DNA from: Treponema sp.
Lineage (GTDB): Bacteria; Spirochaetota; Spirochaetia; Treponematales; Treponemataceae
Direction of reading: 5' to 3'
Assembly: GCA_045606765.1 (NCBI GenBank)
Contig: JAZUSR010000198.1
Coordinates: forward strand, 15,563-79,562
Length of the DNA: 64,000 nt
The first letter of the stretch is position 1; each line of letters opens with the position of its first letter. Made by a program: the position numbers and the translations under genes. Below, piece by piece: positions 60,585 through 64,000 of the stretch. The notes below the pieces were generated by a model. The model was not told the DNA's origin, made no database searches, and was given only the letters and a program-made list of their open reading frames with translations.

Positions 60585-61460
60585 TTAAATTCTAAATAAA
60601 TCTTTAATATTCTTATCTACAATCAAACTTAATTTTTCTACTTCAATTCCACGAATATCCGCAATAAATTTATATGTATTTTCAATTAATAATGGAGAAT
60701 TAGTTTTTCCTCGGAATGGAACAGGTGCTAAATAAGGAGCATCAGTTTCAAGTAAAATTCTATCTTCTGGAACATATTGCAAAAGTTTTTCCATCTGCTC
60801 CATTTTGCTTTTTTTAGTATAAGTTACACCACCACCAAAAGCCAAATACCAACCTCTATCTAAAAATACCTTTGCCTCTTCAATCCCATAACTATAACAG
60901 TGAATAATTCCATTGTCATAACCAACATCTTTAATACATTCAACTGTTCCGTCAAATGCATCTCTCGAATGAACAATTACAGGAAGATTCATCTTTTTAC
61001 TAAGTTCAAGATGCATCTTAAACATTTCCATTTCTCCGTCAAACAATTCCTGATCAAAATCACTTTCACAACGCCCATCAACACCACTTGGATTCCAATG
61101 ATGATCAAGTCCACATTCTCCAATTGCAATAATTTTATTACTCAATTCTGTATTTAAATTTTTCGATTGCAGAATTTGTTCTTCAAGTATTTTCATTTGT
61201 TCAAAACGATTTTTAATTGCTTCGGGAGCTGGCCATATCCCTGCCGAAAAATAAATTAATTTTGTACCTTTTTCTTTTAGCTCTAAATCTGAAATTTGTG
61301 AAAGTGCTGTTTTAACCATTTTTTGACGAGAAATTAAATCATCACAATGAGTACCAATATCTAGTCCAAAAAAACATTCTTTTTTTGCAAGTTCAGTTAG
61401 AATCTCTGCTCGAAAGTTCTCATCCATTAAGTTAAAATGAAAATGAGTATCTGAATACAT
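60585..61460 (-). CDS. tatD: TatD family hydrolase/DNase
   Basis: DTHFH, AIGECGLD, VHSRDA, IIHCYS and LETDAPYLAP motifs. Confidence 0.92.
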   Translation of the reverse strand: MYSDTHFHFNLMDENFRAEILTELAKKECFFGLDIGTHCDDLISRQKMVKTALSQISDLELKEKGTKLIYFSAGIWPAPEAIKNRFEQMKILEEQILQSKNLNTELSNKIIAIGECGLDHHWNPSGVDGRCESDFDQELFDGEMEMFKMHLELSKKMNLPVIVHSRDAFDGTVECIKDVGYDNGIIHCYSYGIEEAKVFLDRGWYLAFGGGVTYTKKSKMEQMEKLLQYVPEDRILLETDAPYLAPVPFRGKTNSPLLIENTYKFIADIRGIEVEKLSLIVDKNIKDLFRI

Positions 61461-61473
61461 TTTTGTTTACCTC

Positions 61474-61506
61474 AAAAAAAAAGACTTTCGCAAAACGAAA
61501 GTCTTT
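61474..61506 (-). terminator. Intrinsic terminator of tRNA-Leu
   Basis: Minus strand AAAGACTTTCG-TTTTG-CGAAAGTCTTT followed by a T-run. Confidence 0.8.
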
Positions 61507-61507
61507 G

Positions 61508-61595
61508 TGCCGGGAACCAGAATCGAACTGGCACGGCCGTTTAAATTGCCGAGGGATTTTAAGTCCCTTGTGTCTACCTATTCCACCATCCCGGC
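61508..61595 (-). tRNA. tRNA-Leu(TAA), long variable arm, CCA not encoded
   Basis: GCCGGGA/TCCCGGC acceptor with A discriminator; AGGGA-CT-TAA-AA-TCCCT anticodon arm; GTTCGATTC T-loop. Confidence 0.95.
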
Positions 61596-61648
61596 GGCTG
61601 AATAATATATTATACCAAATAAAAAAAATAATCAAGCACCATAGATTA

Positions 61649-62125
61649 TTATTTTACTTGACTATAAAGATTTGCCATTTCTTCACGCCATGAAACTGTT
61701 TTAGACTTATCTTCATATTCAATAATTTTTTCAATTTTAAACTTTTTAAGTTCTCTTGGATTTTCGAATGAAACAACTGCAAATCTACCATTACCAATAT
61801 AGGTAACCTGTTGTCCTGGTAATAATTTTTCATTTGACTTAATACTTTCGAGAACACAATCAAAATGAATTGGATTTCCATCGGCATCACTAATTGAACT
61901 TGCCAACTCTGTAATTACTTGTCCACATTTTGCACAAGTTACTGTCTTACTTTTAAACTCACGAATAGCAACTTCTCGTTTTTGATTTTCTTCATTATCT
62001 TCTACAATGAATCGACTTTTAAATTGAACGCTTTTATTCTGCTCATAATAATTTTGCGAATGCTGATGATTTTGATTATTCCAATTTTTATGATTATGTC
62101 TATTTCGACGATCATTTCTTCCCAT
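61649..62125 (-). CDS. Hypothetical protein with a CxxC...HxxC putative Zn site
   Basis: CAKCG..IHFDC, YIGNGRFAV; N/H/Q/R-rich N-terminus; GGAG SD. Confidence 0.75.
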   Translation of the reverse strand: MGRNDRRNRHNHKNWNNQNHQHSQNYYEQNKSVQFKSRFIVEDNEENQKREVAIREFKSKTVTCAKCGQVITELASSISDADGNPIHFDCVLESIKSNEKLLPGQQVTYIGNGRFAVVSFENPRELKKFKIEKIIEYEDKSKTVSWREEMANLYSQVK

Positions 62126-62161
62126 GCTGACTCCACGTAAATAATCAAGAAGAAAAAATCA

Positions 62162-62362
62162 TTAAACAGTCAATTTTAATTCTTCAGGATTTTCTACCAA
62201 TTTTTTACTAATTACCTGTGCAATTCTTTGAATCGCATTATTCATGTAATCCTCGTCATGAATTTTACTTCTTAATTCTATCACTTTTGGGGATAAAATT
62301 TCTACTGGTTCTTCATCAAAAATAACATCAATATATGGAGTAATTGTTTCAATTGCAATCAT
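62162..62362 (-). CDS. Small hypothetical protein
   Basis: In operon order; GGAG SD inside the upstream gene; KIHDEDY..AIQRIA motif. Confidence 0.65.
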   Translation of the reverse strand: MIAIETITPYIDVIFDEEPVEILSPKVIELRSKIHDEDYMNNAIQRIAQVISKKLVENPEELKLTV

Positions 62363-62365
62363 TTT

Positions 62366-62740
62366 TTAGAACTCCGAAAAAGCATTTTCTATGTGATATA
62401 CCGAAGGAAGTTCTGGCATATCAATAACAACCACATCAAATCTAATTATGTTGTTATTATATTTTCGATGGTTTAACAAAAAATATTTAGCAGTTTCTAC
62501 AATTCTTTTTTGTTTTTGAGAATTTAATACTTTTTGGAGTAATTCTACATTGCCTGTCAAAAAAGTTTTTACTTCAACAAATACAATTATATCGTTTTTT
62601 GAACAAATTATATCAATTTCACCAAAGCGATTACGAAAATTTGTAGATAAAATTTGATACCCTTTAGACTTTAAATACTCTTGTGCCCGAATCTCTCCAG
62701 AAAAACCTATTTGTTTTCTTAGATTCTTTTTTTTAATCAA
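62366..62740 (-). CDS. yraN: YraN (UPF0102) family nuclease
   Basis: G..GE..A..YL..KGY, GEIDII, VFVEVKT, RFDV and HIENAF motifs. Confidence 0.93.
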   Translation of the reverse strand: MIKKKNLRKQIGFSGEIRAQEYLKSKGYQILSTNFRNRFGEIDIICSKNDIIVFVEVKTFLTGNVELLQKVLNSQKQKRIVETAKYFLLNHRKYNNNIIRFDVVVIDMPELPSVYHIENAFSEF

Positions 62741-63026
62741 GTTCTTCGAGTTCTTCTAATTCTTCTACTTCTTCAAGCTCTTCAACATTATCATCCATTG
62801 CAAAACCAACAAAAGATTTTTCAAGATCAATGTTCGATTGTTGAATTACTTCGCCCATTGTTAATAAATAAGGAATTTTCCACTGTTGAATCGCATTAAT
62901 ATGATATTTTTTTACAGATTTACTTCGAGCCAAAAACATGTTTTTTCCATCATCGAAAAAAACTGGCATAGTAAATCTCATTCCTAATGTGATTGTAGAA
63001 CAATCTACTTTTTTAAAATTTGTCAT
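62733..63026 (-). CDS. Small hypothetical protein resembling the N-terminal domain of HD-GYP proteins, with an acidic tail
   Basis: ITLGMRFTMPVFFDDG..FL...I..WKI..L.T.G; GGAGAG SD 8 nt before ATG 63026. Confidence 0.6.
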   Translation of the reverse strand: MTNFKKVDCSTITLGMRFTMPVFFDDGKNMFLARSKSVKKYHINAIQQWKIPYLLTMGEVIQQSNIDLEKSFVGFAMDDNVEELEEVEELEELEELD

Positions 63027-63051
63027 AAACATTTCTCTCCACAAAAACTAT

Positions 63052-63300
63052 TTATGTATTTTTTATCACATAAGCAAAAATTTTTGCTACAGTAGACCAA
63101 ACTTGTTCAGGAATACAACTTCCTATTTCTTGAACACTTAAAAAATTGACCAAATCTTCATTTTGAACAATTTTTATATCGTTTTCTTTAGCTACCTGAA
63201 GAACTTTTTTAGCTAATTCTCCTTTTGTATTAACTGTAATAAATGGAGCAACGGCACCTTCTGGATATTTTAATGCAACCGCCTTCTGATTTTTTTGCAT
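63052..63300 (-). CDS. FlhB C-terminal-like (EscU/YscU/HrcU switch) protein
   Basis: AVALKY..AP....GELA..V..A.E..I, IPE..W..VAKIF; TGATG overlap with the upstream gene. Confidence 0.88.
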   Translation of the reverse strand: MQKNQKAVALKYPEGAVAPFITVNTKGELAKKVLQVAKENDIKIVQNEDLVNFLSVQEIGSCIPEQVWSTVAKIFAYVIKNT

Positions 63301-64000
63301 CAGCAAATTCCCTCCACTAATGGAATTTCTGTACTACAATTTGCAAACCCAAATAAATTTTCTGGTTTCTCGTAACTCACTTGAACACAGTCAAATAATT
63401 GAGCCAAACTATTCTCTAAAAAAACCTTTTTTACTTGATTCTCTAAAGGAACAATTGTAAACTTTATTTCATCTATTACTTCTTTTTTATATGATACTAC
63501 AAAACTCCAGTTTTTTCCATCAATACTATAATTTATTATCATTTTTTTTAAACTTTTTTTCTCAAAATCAAAAAAAACTCTAAAAACTCCAGTTCCATTA
63601 CGAAATTTTTCATCTTTTTTAAATTGAAATTCAAAAGGAACTACAACCCATGAACAACCTTCAAGTTTTTTATTTTCTTTTCTTTCTGCTGAATTTGAAT
63701 CTTTCACATACCTTGTTTTTTGATCTTCATTCTTTGCTATCATATGATTGAATATTGTCAAAAAACCATATGGCGTTTCAACAAAAGAATCATTCTTAAA
63801 ATCTTCAGTAAATTGAATTTTCTCTTTTGCTTCATTTACTTGTTTTTTAGAATTTTCATTTTGGTCTAAAAAAGATTTATCATTTGGTACATTATTAAAA
63901 TTATTTTTTTCTTGATTCACATGTTGAAGAGAATTCCAAAATTCTTTTAACTCTGACTCAATTTGAATTACATCATAAAAATTACTTTTCAAATCTTCCG
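63300..64000 (-). CDS. Hypothetical protein, 5'-truncated by the window edge
   Basis: Frame stays open to position 64000; FNH..W.VVPF motif; translationally coupled to the FlhB-like gene. Confidence 0.7.
   Translation of the reverse strand, partial: EDLKSNFYDVIQIESELKEFWNSLQHVNQEKNNFNNVPNDKSFLDQNENSKKQVNEAKEKIQFTEDFKNDSFVETPYGFLTIFNHMIAKNEDQKTRYVKDSNSAERKENKKLEGCSWVVVPFEFQFKKDEKFRNGTGVFRVFFDFEKKSLKKMIINYSIDGKNWSFVVSYKKEVIDEIKFTIVPLENQVKKVFLENSLAQLFDCVQVSYEKPENLFGFANCSTEIPLVEGIC

Noticed and set aside
61432-61693. Short ORFs 61432..61635 (-) and 61463..61693 (+)
   Set aside because: They overlap the tRNA-Leu gene and its terminator; spurious.
1-62740. comM and yraN as a linked transformation module
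   Set aside because: Both are present but about 61 kb apart, with no dprA in the window; the partnership is already known and not evidenced by linkage here.
1458-63141. Numerous 60-140 aa antisense or alternate-frame ORFs in the track (e.g. 3931..4344, 5053..5397, 37700..38101, 50355..50726, 59750..59986)
   Set aside because: All are shadows of well-supported genes, with no motifs or ribosome-binding sites of their own.

Overview
Very AT-rich bacterial chromosome segment, most likely from a gut/rumen-type Treponema (spirochaete). This assignment rests on gene content and order: plzA-like PilZ, DUF192, cNMP regulator, murB, cysS, ECF sigma/anti-sigma, and a FlhB-like/yraN block. It is almost entirely core or semi-core genes: comM/yifB (partial), gatB and a separate gatCA, cysS, murB, pgsA, nnr, uppP, ilvD, addAB-like helicase-nuclease, mutS2, argR, pgi, tatD, yraN, an MCP, a YesMN-like two-component system, two tRNAs (Thr-CGT, Leu-TAA) and several lipoproteins. 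I see no CRISPR array, prophage, integrase or intact IS, and no clearly new multi-gene system. The best second-look items are: (1) pgi interrupted by an in-frame TGA with a second T>G-type change 9 nt away; (2) promoters placed 6-8 nt before start codons across the window (predicted leaderless mRNAs), including a divergent pair sharing one palindromic -35; (3) IS3-end-like hairpins between convergent genes; (4) a transglutaminase-fold protein lacking its catalytic Cys; (5) an uncharacterised envelope pair (membrane-anchored beta-propeller-like protein plus TPR/SLH-like lipoprotein); (6) clear candidate Zur, ArgR and sigma28 sites.
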